Source of the DNA: a virus
Virus record (IMG/VR): IMGVR_UViG_3300042514_000542
Coordinates: 60,370-124,369 of that record
DNA length: 64,000 nucleotides
Direction: 5' to 3' (one strand)
Part shown: piece by piece, positions 43,476-53,120 of the stretch
Layout: every line of letters begins with the position of its first letter
Numbering within the stretch: position 1 is the stretch's first letter
Notes under the pieces: model-generated
What the model was told of the DNA's origin: nothing
The model's database searches: none
The model's input: only the letters and a program-made list of their open reading frames with translations
Program-made: the position numbers and the translations under genes

Positions 43476-43497
43476 TATAGTTCGGTTTTAATTAATA
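43476..43497 (-). promoter_or_regulatory. cassette motif copy
   Basis: +strand ...TATAGTTCGGTTTTAATTAA. Confidence 0.55.
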
Positions 43498-44072
43498 CCA
43501 AGTGCATTGAGCATCTGAATCTTCAATTTTTCAAAATCATCTTTTTGATATCCCATTTTCTCTTTCCATACTTCAAACTCATTAACTCTTACGAATTGTT
43601 CTTTTGGTAGATTGTTTAGGAATGCGGCTTTACCATATTGTTCTCTGGAATGTTCACAATACGGTAGATTATCAACCAATATGTTATGAGTGTTGACGAA
43701 CTTGGGATTTACTTCTATGGATAAAATATCTTCTCTCGAAAAAATATTCGAATTTGGATCAAACCCCAATTCAAGTTTCTTATTACACCATCTTATGTAG
43801 TCCCCTACTGATGCTGTTAGAATATAGACATTATCATGCCCTACCAATTCTCTGGAAAATTTGATAAGATCATCCGTCCACGATCTTTTACAGGTAACAT
43901 ACCATTCTATTTCACCATGAACATCCCAACCCTTGGGATTCACGTAAAACTTCTCACATCTCCAATGTTCACCATACATGTCAATCAATTGATCAGCATG
44001 TTTCTCATGGTCGGCGTATAAGCTGTGGGCAAGGCATTCGTCGTAATCGAGCATAATAACTCTTTTTTTCAT
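43488..44072 (-). CDS. hypothetical protein, possible HAD-like hydrolase (5'-nucleotidase-like)
   Basis: N-terminal IMLDYDECL resembles HAD motif I; weak. Confidence 0.4.
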   Translation of the reverse strand: MKKRVIMLDYDECLAHSLYADHEKHADQLIDMYGEHWRCEKFYVNPKGWDVHGEIEWYVTCKRSWTDDLIKFSRELVGHDNVYILTASVGDYIRWCNKKLELGFDPNSNIFSREDILSIEVNPKFVNTHNILVDNLPYCEHSREQYGKAAFLNNLPKEQFVRVNEFEVWKEKMGYQKDDFEKLKIQMLNALGIN

Positions 44073-44086
44073 ATTTTTTGTAGATT

Positions 44087-45100
44087 ATGGTGTGTGATAG
44101 GTTAAATATATTTATGCGAAAGTCAAAAATTAGTTTAGCAGATGAAGAAGCGATTGTCAATCAGTATTTAAAGGAAAAAAATGTAGAAAAATTAAGATCT
44201 AAATATAAAACATCATTTAAAGATATTAAAAATATTCTAATTAAAAATAATATATATTCAGGTAGAAGATCAACTTCATTGAATTTAAAATATTTTGAAA
44301 ATATAGATAGTAATGAAAAAGCTTATTGGTTAGGATTTATTTCGGCTGATGGATCTTTGTCTAAAAATGGGTATAAATTATCCTTTGGTGTTAAGGATTC
44401 TGATATATTAGAAAAATTTAAAAGAGCCATATCATCTGGAAGCCCTGTATCAGATTTCAACGTATATGATGAGAGGACAGATAAAACTTACAATAGATAT
44501 AGTCTTCAGATATGTTCTAAAGAATTTTGCCAATATATAAGAAATCATGGAGTTGATGAAAACAAGTCAAAAGTATTCAAATTCCCAAAGATTGATGAGA
44601 AATATTACTCCCATTTTATTAGAGGGTTATATGACGGTGATGGTAGTATATGTATAGTCAAATCCAAGGTTATAGAGAATATCAACTTTAGGGCAAATAT
44701 TATAAGTTCTTTGGAGTGTGTTAACTACATTAAAGTTTATTTAGAAAGCATCAATATCTCATCTAATAAAATATTTTCCAAACACGACCAAAATATTCAC
44801 TATATTACATTTGGAAAGGACGTTATTAAATTTTTAAATTGGATTTATAAAGACTCATCCGAAGAAACTAGGTTGGATAGAAAATACAATAAATTTATCG
44901 ATAATCTACATGATTATAATACCCAACATAAGATTTTTCAAATTAAAAATCATCAAACCGGAGTTACACATAAAGTTAAGAATTTGATTAAATTCTGTAA
45001 AGATAATAATTTAAACGATAATTACTTGAGGTATAATATGACTAATGGAAAAATTCCAACAAAAGGTAAGCACTTAGGATGGGAATTATTACCCAATTAA
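44087..45100 (+). CDS. LAGLIDADG homing endonuclease
   Basis: LGFISADGS and GLYDGDGS motifs; + strand; no cassette motif upstream. Confidence 0.6.
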   Translation: MVCDRLNIFMRKSKISLADEEAIVNQYLKEKNVEKLRSKYKTSFKDIKNILIKNNIYSGRRSTSLNLKYFENIDSNEKAYWLGFISADGSLSKNGYKLSFGVKDSDILEKFKRAISSGSPVSDFNVYDERTDKTYNRYSLQICSKEFCQYIRNHGVDENKSKVFKFPKIDEKYYSHFIRGLYDGDGSICIVKSKVIENINFRANIISSLECVNYIKVYLESINISSNKIFSKHDQNIHYITFGKDVIKFLNWIYKDSSEETRLDRKYNKFIDNLHDYNTQHKIFQIKNHQTGVTHKVKNLIKFCKDNNLNDNYLRYNMTNGKIPTKGKHLGWELLPN

Positions 45101-45104
45101 TCTA

Positions 45105-45839
45105 TCATACTTTATATTCTTTCTCAGAGTCAAAGAAAAATAACTCATTTATATCTACACAGCGACAATATACACCATCAACAGTTTGTCTCATATTGTT
45201 GTGCATATGTCCGTGGAATATTGTTTTACATTCGACCACCTTTACTATTTCACTTACCAATTCTCTCTGGGCGAGACAGTCATGATAAAGTGTTGGGTCT
45301 ACGTCATGAAATCTTTTCCAGTGTGTTGGTATGGTATGTGATGAGTGATTAAACTGTTCGGGACAATCATGTGAAAACATGATATCACATTTCTCTATAA
45401 CTTTATAGTCTATTGGTATTGTTCCTTCGGCAGTCCAATAATCATAATCTTGTCTTCTACTATATCTATCAATGCTTATACCACCAGCAAGTAATAATGC
45501 CTTCTTCCCATTAGGGAATACTGCATATGCATGATCTTTAATTAGGAAAACATTTGAAAATTTCTGATCCCATATTTCATCATATGTTGCATCATGATTA
45601 CCACGGATGATGTAAAAATTAATACCTAAATTATGACATAGTTTATTAGTATTATACAACCACATAGTTGTATTCTTAATGGCATATTCTTTTTTGGCAA
45701 ATCCCAAGCCAACATCACCCAGATGGATAAGATCAACCCCGCCATCAACCCTACTTCCTATGATATCTTTGGTAATTTGTTGTGAATGTGTATCACCTAA
45801 AAGGATCACTTTATCATTTTTGAATTTATAATTTTCCAT
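45105..45839 (-). CDS. metallophosphoesterase
   Basis: GDTH, GDVG and GNHD motifs; 244 aa. Confidence 0.55.
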   Translation of the reverse strand: MENYKFKNDKVILLGDTHSQQITKDIIGSRVDGGVDLIHLGDVGLGFAKKEYAIKNTTMWLYNTNKLCHNLGINFYIIRGNHDATYDEIWDQKFSNVFLIKDHAYAVFPNGKKALLLAGGISIDRYSRRQDYDYWTAEGTIPIDYKVIEKCDIMFSHDCPEQFNHSSHTIPTHWKRFHDVDPTLYHDCLAQRELVSEIVKVVECKTIFHGHMHNNMRQTVDGVYCRCVDINELFFFDSEKEYKV

Positions 45840-46365
45840 TTTCTAATATTTCTCGAATAATTGGCCTTGCGGCACTGTTTGCTGTATGTATATAATACTT
45901 TGGAATACTTACATTACGGGCTTTACAAGCCTTTACCAGATATTCGGCGCAATGCGCCCCTGTTTTGATTTTAAAGTCTTGCCATCCTATCATCTGAAAC
46001 TGTTTTGTCAACTCTTCACTAGTTGGATTTGTGGCTAACTCTCTAGAAACATCCCAAAGATCATTATCAAAACTGACAACATCAGGAATACCTACATCAT
46101 CGATGTATTTAACAAATTCATCATAAGATCTAACGATATCCCAACTACCCTCTGGTATTCCACTCACATCCAATAGATGTTGTTTAATATCCCAAATAAC
46201 CGCTCTTTTCGGCATTCTCACATCATCCAAGAACAGACATCTTTCATGATTGTAATTTACATTACTCTCCTTCTTCTTCCATAATGGACTATCCCAATAT
46301 GCCTTAATATTTGTTACACGGGATCTATCTCCCTTTCCTCCATGCCATGCTTCACTCATAACCAA
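45826..46365 (-). CDS. hypothetical protein
   Basis: 179-aa ORF. Confidence 0.5.
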   Translation of the reverse strand: MVMSEAWHGGKGDRSRVTNIKAYWDSPLWKKKESNVNYNHERCLFLDDVRMPKRAVIWDIKQHLLDVSGIPEGSWDIVRSYDEFVKYIDDVGIPDVVSFDNDLWDVSRELATNPTSEELTKQFQMIGWQDFKIKTGAHCAEYLVKACKARNVSIPKYYIHTANSAARPIIREILENGKL

Positions 46366-46577
46366 GTTAAATCTATTTCTATGTTAAAGTTTTCTTTGTT
46401 TGTCTCAATAATACCTTCTTCTTCGAAATATCTAAGGTAATTTATAAGCTTTTCATCTATAAACCAATTCGACTCTCTAGGTAGATGTGGAAGTGCCATC
46501 AATATGTATATTGCACCTATCTCTTCTAGAGTCATCCCATCAGCTAATTCTAAAGGTAATGTTATTTCCTTTTTCAT
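46356..46577 (-). CDS. hypothetical protein
   Basis: 73-aa ORF. Confidence 0.45.
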   Translation of the reverse strand: MKKEITLPLELADGMTLEEIGAIYILMALPHLPRESNWFIDEKLINYLRYFEEEGIIETNKENFNIEIDLTWL

Positions 46578-47491
46578 ACTTTATATTTTTTCCACACAGC
46601 ACTTTGACCCCTACCAAACTTAAGAAGCTTCATATCGTTTTCAAGTTCAGATAATAGTAGTTTTGCTGTTTGTTCTTGAATACCACAAGTCTCCATCACA
46701 CGATTTAAGGTGATCAATGGAGGCTCATCAATAGCTAGAATGAGTTCTTTTCTTGTTTCTTTGATGGGTTCTTTTTTAACTTTCACTTCTTCGGATTTTT
46801 CGGGTTTTTCATATTCACCGATAAACTCATAACCACCGGATGTAAAAATCGCTTCGTGCATCATTGTAGCACCAAATCTGTTTTTGTAAACATCAAAAAG
46901 TCTAGAATCTTTATTATCCTTGTTCTTCAAGATTTCGATGTTCGTATCAACAGCATATAGAAGGGATGTTCCACCACGTATCTCGCCACTCACTGTCTCT
47001 TGAACAATGAATAGAATGGTACAATCATGATCCTTAGCCCTCTTAACTAGATTATTAGTGAAATATTCATTCTTGGCTTTAGAATTCAGTTCCTCAATAG
47101 TGGTTAAAGTCTGGTAGGAATCGATAACCATAAAGTCCCTATCGGGAATGGTATCCATGATTTCCTCAATATCTGTTATAGTTCCAACTTCAAGGTTTTC
47201 GATACCAAGCCTCTTACAGTTATAGGCTATTTGAAATACTGCTTCCTCACCAGTGGAGTAAGCAACATTATAACCCACATTGGTAAGCATTTCGGCAAGA
47301 GTTAAGGCAAATACGCTCTTACCCACTCCCGGTCTTGCCTTGAGTGTTATAGTAGAACCGGGAAGTATACCACCCATACCAAATATAGCATCCAAGTTAT
47401 CTTCACCCGTTTTAAGCCTGTTAAAAAAAATATCCGGTATTTGAATATCGGATATTTTCGTAAATGGTGTCTTTTCTAAATCCAGTGTCAT
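46574..47491 (-). CDS. RadA/Sms-like RecA-fold ATPase (Sak4-like recombination protein)
   Basis: GGILPGSTITLKARPGVGKS Walker A in a RadA-like context; KNRFG motif near the C-terminus. Confidence 0.5.
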   Translation of the reverse strand: MTLDLEKTPFTKISDIQIPDIFFNRLKTGEDNLDAIFGMGGILPGSTITLKARPGVGKSVFALTLAEMLTNVGYNVAYSTGEEAVFQIAYNCKRLGIENLEVGTITDIEEIMDTIPDRDFMVIDSYQTLTTIEELNSKAKNEYFTNNLVKRAKDHDCTILFIVQETVSGEIRGGTSLLYAVDTNIEILKNKDNKDSRLFDVYKNRFGATMMHEAIFTSGGYEFIGEYEKPEKSEEVKVKKEPIKETRKELILAIDEPPLITLNRVMETCGIQEQTAKLLLSELENDMKLLKFGRGQSAVWKKYKV

Positions 47492-47493
47492 GG

Positions 47494-47515
47494 AGCTAGT
47501 GTATTTCGGTTTTAA
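47494..47515 (-). promoter_or_regulatory. cassette motif copy
   Basis: +strand AGTGTATTTCGGTTTTAATTAA. Confidence 0.6.
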
Positions 47516-47703
47516 TTAACATTATTAATGTGCCAGTAGCTTATTTCTGCATGGAAGTCCTTCTCAGTCTTTATCGACCCCTCCTTTACGTATATAAATG
47601 ATTCAGGTCGTTCATTATCATACCCCCAAATCTCGATCATATTATCATCCACCATCTGGAAACTGTATGACCCAATCACTCCTTCGTATATCGCTTCTTT
47701 CAT
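47512..47703 (-). CDS. hypothetical protein
   Basis: 63-aa ORF. Confidence 0.45.
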   Translation of the reverse strand: MKEAIYEGVIGSYSFQMVDDNMIEIWGYDNERPESFIYVKEGSIKTEKDFHAEISYWHINNVN

Positions 47704-47704
47704 T

Positions 47705-48601
47705 TTATAGTCTTGTTAATACGTTTTTTACTAACGATTTAAATTTATATGTCATTTTGTTATTTGGGAATTGCTTCCAGTATTGTATCACAACTGCGAA
47801 GAATTCATCTGAGTTCAACAACCCATATTCCGGGAAACCCAATTTTTTAGACATGTTAGACCTGATGGTTGGGGTTATTGTCTTACCCTTACCTTTTTTC
47901 ATGGCTTTATAATACATGTCAATCATATCTTGATATGCGTGTTTCAATAAAACCTCTGTCTGTCTTGGTATCTGGTCTGCTACGTGATGGGCATATTCGT
48001 GGATGTAAATATCATGGTCATCCATTTGTTTTGAATTTATAAAAATCGAATCACTAAAATAAAGTCCCCTATCCCTTTTATCACTATGTTTTTTAGTGTC
48101 GGGATTTCTTAATAAATCGGTAATTATAAATGTTGGTCTTCTATTGGGTAGTAAATCTTTTATATAGATCATAAATTTTCTAATCACACTATTTAAAATT
48201 CTATAATTATATGAATTTTTAGAAAAATCACCATCAACAGTATTAGTGTCTATTAGAACTTTCACACCCATATATTCCAAAACTTGAGTGTAATGGGTTT
48301 TAGATGGTTTTTTTAAACCATTTAAATATTTATCAAACTCATTATTCAAAAAGATTGAAGCCTTTTCTGGGTAGATCTCTAATAGATTATCATAACTACT
48401 TCGGATAATTTTATCATTTTCATCATCGAAATCATCCACATCACTATCAGTAATATAATCAATCCAATTCTGTTTAAATTGTGGAGTGTTAAAATCGACA
48501 TTTCCAATGTATGATAGTTCCCTCTTCCTTAGAGGGTTTCTCTGTTTTCTCTCATAAAACAATTTAAATGGCATCATCAATATATTTATCGATTTTTCCA
48601 A
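47705..48601 (-). CDS. hypothetical protein with HExxH zinc-metallopeptidase-like motif
   Basis: HEYAHH motif; 298 aa. Confidence 0.45.
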   Translation of the reverse strand: MEKSINILMMPFKLFYERKQRNPLRKRELSYIGNVDFNTPQFKQNWIDYITDSDVDDFDDENDKIIRSSYDNLLEIYPEKASIFLNNEFDKYLNGLKKPSKTHYTQVLEYMGVKVLIDTNTVDGDFSKNSYNYRILNSVIRKFMIYIKDLLPNRRPTFIITDLLRNPDTKKHSDKRDRGLYFSDSIFINSKQMDDHDIYIHEYAHHVADQIPRQTEVLLKHAYQDMIDMYYKAMKKGKGKTITPTIRSNMSKKLGFPEYGLLNSDEFFAVVIQYWKQFPNNKMTYKFKSLVKNVLTRL

Positions 48602-49179
48602 GATTTATAGTGATCATCGCAGAGAGATTTATACCAGTTCTCCGTTCGAAGAACTCCTACATCACCACATTTTTCACAAGTTGTAGTGGATTTTCCTAGA
48701 ATTTCATCAAGTTTTCGATACTCCTCATAATATAATTTATAATCCTCACCATAGAAATCACCTTGATCACGTAATTCTCCGAATTTCTCTTTGAAAATAC
48801 AAGTCTTATAGTGAACATCATGACCTTTAGATTTAGCATCATCTAGTAACTTCTTCATTTCCGTGAAATATTCACGGATGATTTCTTTCCAGCCAATACC
48901 ACATTCAAAACCATATCGAAGATTTGTTAGGTCTTCTTTTTTCATATTCACTTCTGGGCAAAAGTTATGGTATCTATCATACCATTCTTCTACATATGGT
49001 GATAACTCCAAAGTGAATTCGGGAAACTCATTAACAAGATCCCACCATTCCTCACTTATATTACTTTTTACAAATTCCATACTTTCGATTATTTTTCCAC
49101 CAGATTCAATTATAAATCTGATTGGACAGTATTTCTTCTTCCCTAGCTTTCTTAAGCTTATAATGGGTCGATTCTTCAT
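48586..49179 (-). CDS. hypothetical protein
   Basis: 197-aa ORF. Confidence 0.5.
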   Translation of the reverse strand: MKNRPIISLRKLGKKKYCPIRFIIESGGKIIESMEFVKSNISEEWWDLVNEFPEFTLELSPYVEEWYDRYHNFCPEVNMKKEDLTNLRYGFECGIGWKEIIREYFTEMKKLLDDAKSKGHDVHYKTCIFKEKFGELRDQGDFYGEDYKLYYEEYRKLDEILGKSTTTCEKCGDVGVLRTENWYKSLCDDHYKSWKNR

Positions 49180-49183
49180 GCAC

Positions 49184-49205
49184 CCACTATACTTCGGTTT
49201 TAATT
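49184..49205 (-). promoter_or_regulatory. cassette motif copy
   Basis: +strand ...CTATACTTCGGTTTTAATTAA. Confidence 0.6.
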
Positions 49206-50277
49206 AAGCCTTTATCGTGCAACCAAGTGTAGAGATGTTCGCCTTACCATTGGATATAAGAACTTGTTCTACAGAGAAAAGATCCTTATCCTCACCGACA
49301 CTTACGATGTTGAAACCTTGTTGCCAATTCATTCCCGAACCGTATGCAGCGTCCAATGAACATAAACAACCACCTTCGAATCCATAATACTGTTTCTCTG
49401 GACGACCACCAATAGATGGAACTCTTTGGCATGATGATCCAATTCTATGAGTGTGACCATGTAGAATGGATGTGTGCCACTTATCAAGTTCACCCCTAGC
49501 AGACGCACCCCCATTTTTTCGAACCGTTTCACCATGAGTTACAATAAGACCATTAAGATCTACGTAATCGACATGTTCGACCTTATCCTTAAATTCTCCC
49601 ATGAATACATTTTCATATGAGAGAATATCAGTAATGTTTGATAAACTTCCAAGCTCTCCAAGTCTATCTGACAGATATCGTCTCCATCTACCACTAACAG
49701 ATTGTCCCGAATGGTTACTAACCGTTTCGTAAATCTTAGCACCACCAGAAACACCAATCAACTCATGTAGGAAAGCATGATATGCTTCTCTCTCTGATTG
49801 AAGCGACCAACTATTCTTAAGATCTTTTGGATATTTTGAAATAGCCAAGAAGTCCATTGTGTCGCCATTTAGAATGATGGTCTTTGGCTTTAATTGAAAT
49901 ATTGTTTCAAGAAAAATATCAATCGCCTTCTTATCCTCACAACCGAAGTGGAAATCGGAACCAACAACGGCATAATCATTAAGCGTTATTTTTGACGAGT
50001 TTTCGTATTTGGGTTCAATCTTAATCGGTGCTAATTGTGATAGGAACTCAAGAACCTCATCTTCATTCCTTTGAAACCTTTTAGGTTTATCTCTTTGGAG
50101 ATTATCATTGATATACGGGACGACATCAGGAACTCCTGTTCCGTCAACCCCAAAATCTTCGATATATGCTCTATACCAATCTGCTGCTGTTGACTTGGCA
50201 ACACCAAACTCTTCTTTAATTTGGCTATACGTATAACCGTTTTGCCTCGCTGAAATTACCTGTTGTTTTACATTCAT
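49204..50277 (-). CDS. HTH-domain + metallophosphoesterase protein
   Basis: N-terminal helix-turn-helix (YSQIKEEFGVAKSTAADWYRAY); GSDFH, NGDTMD, THGE and GHTH phosphoesterase motifs. Confidence 0.5.
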   Translation of the reverse strand: MNVKQQVISARQNGYTYSQIKEEFGVAKSTAADWYRAYIEDFGVDGTGVPDVVPYINDNLQRDKPKRFQRNEDEVLEFLSQLAPIKIEPKYENSSKITLNDYAVVGSDFHFGCEDKKAIDIFLETIFQLKPKTIILNGDTMDFLAISKYPKDLKNSWSLQSEREAYHAFLHELIGVSGGAKIYETVSNHSGQSVSGRWRRYLSDRLGELGSLSNITDILSYENVFMGEFKDKVEHVDYVDLNGLIVTHGETVRKNGGASARGELDKWHTSILHGHTHRIGSSCQRVPSIGGRPEKQYYGFEGGCLCSLDAAYGSGMNWQQGFNIVSVGEDKDLFSVEQVLISNGKANISTLGCTIKA

Positions 50278-50291
50278 ATTTTATTTTTATT

Positions 50292-50507
50292 TTACATTCT
50301 ATCATAGGTATCTTTCAATTCATTGAAAAATGCCATAATCTCTGCTTGAGATGGTTTAGTATCCATATCGGTGAGTTCATCCTTCGCGTCCTCATATGTA
50401 TCATGACTACTACGTATTGTCAAGCGACCAGAATGAACATCTTTCATCAAAATAACGAAAGTTCCATCCTTCTGTGGTTGAATTTTATATTTAACGTGTT
50501 CCTTCAC
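50292..50507 (-). CDS. hypothetical protein
   Basis: 71-aa ORF. Confidence 0.45.
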   Translation of the reverse strand: MKEHVKYKIQPQKDGTFVILMKDVHSGRLTIRSSHDTYEDAKDELTDMDTKPSQAEIMAFFNELKDTYDRM

Positions 50508-50512
50508 TTCTA

Positions 50513-51487
50513 TTATTTATTCTTTCCGGCGTAAAACTGAACCGTTGAGGTTAATGCATCGATATGATCGAATAGGTCGAATTGTCTATAATAATATCTT
50601 GACTCCAAGGCATATCTGAAATCGTGACCCTTTCGATCTTCTACAAATTTAATCTTTGGTTCGATCATTAAAATTTTACCGATATCCTCAATCATTTTTA
50701 AATTTGTCATTTCAACACCAGATCCAATATTATAAACTTTCCCAGATTCTCCAATTTCAGCAATTTCTAAAATACTCTTATTATGATCATCAACATATAT
50801 CCACTCTCTTATATTCTCACCTGTTCCATATACAGGAACACTCTTACCAGATAAAATATTTCTAATGATTGTCGGTATTAGTTTTTCATCATGTTGATGT
50901 GAGCCAAAGTTATTACAGCAACGGGTCGTTACAATATCTAATCCGAAAGTTTCAGCATATGAATTAGCAACTAAATCTGCCGATGCTTTAGATGCTGAAT
51001 ATGGACTTCTTGGATTTAGATTTGAATCTTCCGTAAATGGTTTTTGATGTGCTTTTAAATGACCATAGACTTCATCGGTGGAAATATTAATCACTCTAGC
51101 TTGTGGTTGTTTCAACCTAACCATCTCAAGTAACTTTGTGATACCCATAACATTGTTATAGATGAATGCCTGTGGTCCACTAATACTTCTATCAACATGA
51201 GATTCTGCTGCAAAGTGAAATATGTAGTCAAACTTCGTCTTGTTTATGTGACCATTCCAGAAGAAATCACTATCTGGATCTAGATTACATAAATCGAAGG
51301 GGATTTCCTCATACTTGTTTTCGTTTTGGAAAAAGTGGGTTGACATTTTTCTATGACCAACACCCCATTTATCTACATTTACTATAAACATTTTTTTATA
51401 GTTTTTATCAATGTATTCTATAAAGTTACTTCCTATGAAGCCGCAACATCCAGTTAAAAGGATATTTTTATTGTTTAAATCTACCAT
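50513..51487 (-). CDS. rmlB: dTDP-glucose 4,6-dehydratase (RmlB/NAD-dependent epimerase-dehydratase family)
   Basis: LLTGCCGFIGSNF Rossmann motif, HFAAESHVDRS, YSASK catalytic motif; 324 aa. Confidence 0.65.
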   Translation of the reverse strand: MVDLNNKNILLTGCCGFIGSNFIEYIDKNYKKMFIVNVDKWGVGHRKMSTHFFQNENKYEEIPFDLCNLDPDSDFFWNGHINKTKFDYIFHFAAESHVDRSISGPQAFIYNNVMGITKLLEMVRLKQPQARVINISTDEVYGHLKAHQKPFTEDSNLNPRSPYSASKASADLVANSYAETFGLDIVTTRCCNNFGSHQHDEKLIPTIIRNILSGKSVPVYGTGENIREWIYVDDHNKSILEIAEIGESGKVYNIGSGVEMTNLKMIEDIGKILMIEPKIKFVEDRKGHDFRYALESRYYYRQFDLFDHIDALTSTVQFYAGKNK

Positions 51488-51492
51488 ATTTT

Positions 51493-51684
51493 TTATTTAA
51501 TTAAATCCCAATATAAACTAAACGTTGCATAGTTCGATTCAAATACCCATGGCGAATCAGGATCTTTTAATCTTATAAAGTCCTTTTTCAAATCGCAACA
51601 TTCTAAAATTCCAATTGATCCGTCATAAATAAGTTTATATCTTCCACCACAAATGATCGGAAATTCATCTTCAAGTGTTATCAT
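51493..51684 (-). CDS. hypothetical protein
   Basis: 63-aa ORF. Confidence 0.4.
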   Translation of the reverse strand: MITLEDEFPIICGGRYKLIYDGSIGILECCDLKKDFIRLKDPDSPWVFESNYATFSLYWDLIK

Positions 51685-51732
51685 TCCTATGTTTTATCAT
51701 TGATTATCCCGTTGTCAAGGGTAAATATCCTT

Positions 51733-52203
51733 ATGGACGAAGAGGAAGACCTTGACCGTGATGTTGATTCTATCATAGCTCAAATTAAAAATCAAGGAAA
51801 AACAATCAAAAATGTTGAAAAAGAAAGACCCGAACTGAATAAGGAGGATCTTGAAAAATTCATCATTGATAATGCTGCGTCTGTTGTTGCGGATTCCATA
51901 GAGATGATTCAAAGCCTCAAAATAGACGTTATGGCTGGGAAAGACTCTAGGATAGTGGAATCTACCGCAGAACTCGTTAAAGCCGTCACAGGTGCTATTG
52001 ACGCTCTTTCTAAGCTTAAGCTGTCTGATGACAAGATCAAGGCACAAAAAGATATTAAGAAAATGGATATTGATGCTAAGGGTGATCAATTAGCACTAGG
52101 TAATCAAGCTGGTGTCTTTTTGAGTAGAGAAGAAATAATTAAAAATCTTTTCAATAGAGTTGAAGAACCTAAGACTACTGAACCGCCCGCAATTGACGTT
52201 TAG
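51733..52203 (+). CDS. hypothetical acidic protein (late-type start; track start 51700 probably too long)
   Basis: GTAAATATCCTT-ATG places a TAAATA late box 6 nt upstream of the ATG at 51733; only + strand gene in the structural block. Confidence 0.45.
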   Translation: MDEEEDLDRDVDSIIAQIKNQGKTIKNVEKERPELNKEDLEKFIIDNAASVVADSIEMIQSLKIDVMAGKDSRIVESTAELVKAVTGAIDALSKLKLSDDKIKAQKDIKKMDIDAKGDQLALGNQAGVFLSREEIIKNLFNRVEEPKTTEPPAIDV

Positions 52204-53120
52204 TTGCCCAATTGTCCAGAATTTGTGTGAAGCAAATACTCTTTATCCCTTTCGATACCGGAAATCTTAATTTTCGATGATCTTATTTCATCTGAATCGA
52301 ACTCATCACCCATAAGATCTAGAACCACTTCTCTCTCCTTATCACCATCCTTAAATACTTTCTTGATTTGTGAATTAGTGGATTTTGAAGTATTTTTCTC
52401 AGAATCGAATGGATTAAATTTTTTCTTATCCCCATACATGCGGAAATCCTCTTCACCTAGATAATCCTCAACCTTTTTGAAAATATCCTCCGATACATCA
52501 TTAACGGTAAGATAAAAATAGGAATCTTTTATCATATAATTCCCAACAGGTTTTATAACCCATTTACCCAACTTCTCTTCTGCGTATCTTGTCTGATTAG
52601 CCTTATCGACAATTGGTAGTGTATTATCAGTTTCAGATGAACTCTTGAGACTACTCCTAAACACATTCTCAGTCTGCTTAATAGAATTGGTAATTGTGGT
52701 CTGAATAAATGGTGGTAATTTATTATATGTGTCTACTGCACATCCAAGCATATAACTACCATCCTCATGGATTGTGTTGTTTTGATGGGAAACTATCCTA
52801 TTACCAAGCATCCCCATTATATCGGGACTATTTACAAAATATTTTTTATCCTTGGAGAATTCACGAACATATGAACCAAGAGGACCATTTAATAAAACTT
52901 CGATATAATACATTATCGAGTAAGTGTCTAAGTCCTTACCCTCTTCGTCAAGCTTATCTATAAACTTCTTAAGTTGTGATAATCCAAGCTCATAGATCTT
53001 TTTGAACTCTACCATGAATTCAATATCCTTCTCGGTAAAAGAATCACCAAGATTTGTAATTGTTTCCAAATCTTCTTTAGTGAAGCACAATGCTCGAAGC
53101 GTTTCAACACGATTATTCAT
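52200..53120 (-). CDS. putative baseplate/tail structural protein
   Basis: 306 aa in the tail module downstream of gp18/gp19. Confidence 0.4.
   Translation of the reverse strand: MNNRVETLRALCFTKEDLETITNLGDSFTEKDIEFMVEFKKIYELGLSQLKKFIDKLDEEGKDLDTYSIMYYIEVLLNGPLGSYVREFSKDKKYFVNSPDIMGMLGNRIVSHQNNTIHEDGSYMLGCAVDTYNKLPPFIQTTITNSIKQTENVFRSSLKSSSETDNTLPIVDKANQTRYAEEKLGKWVIKPVGNYMIKDSYFYLTVNDVSEDIFKKVEDYLGEEDFRMYGDKKKFNPFDSEKNTSKSTNSQIKKVFKDGDKEREVVLDLMGDEFDSDEIRSSKIKISGIERDKEYLLHTNSGQLGN

Noticed and set aside
85-49210. Possibility that the ~36 repeated 22-bp elements form a CRISPR array or terminal/tandem repeat
   Set aside because: Copies are irregularly spaced (60 nt to several kb), each sits at a stop/start junction of a distinct gene, and there are no spacer-like unique units or cas genes.
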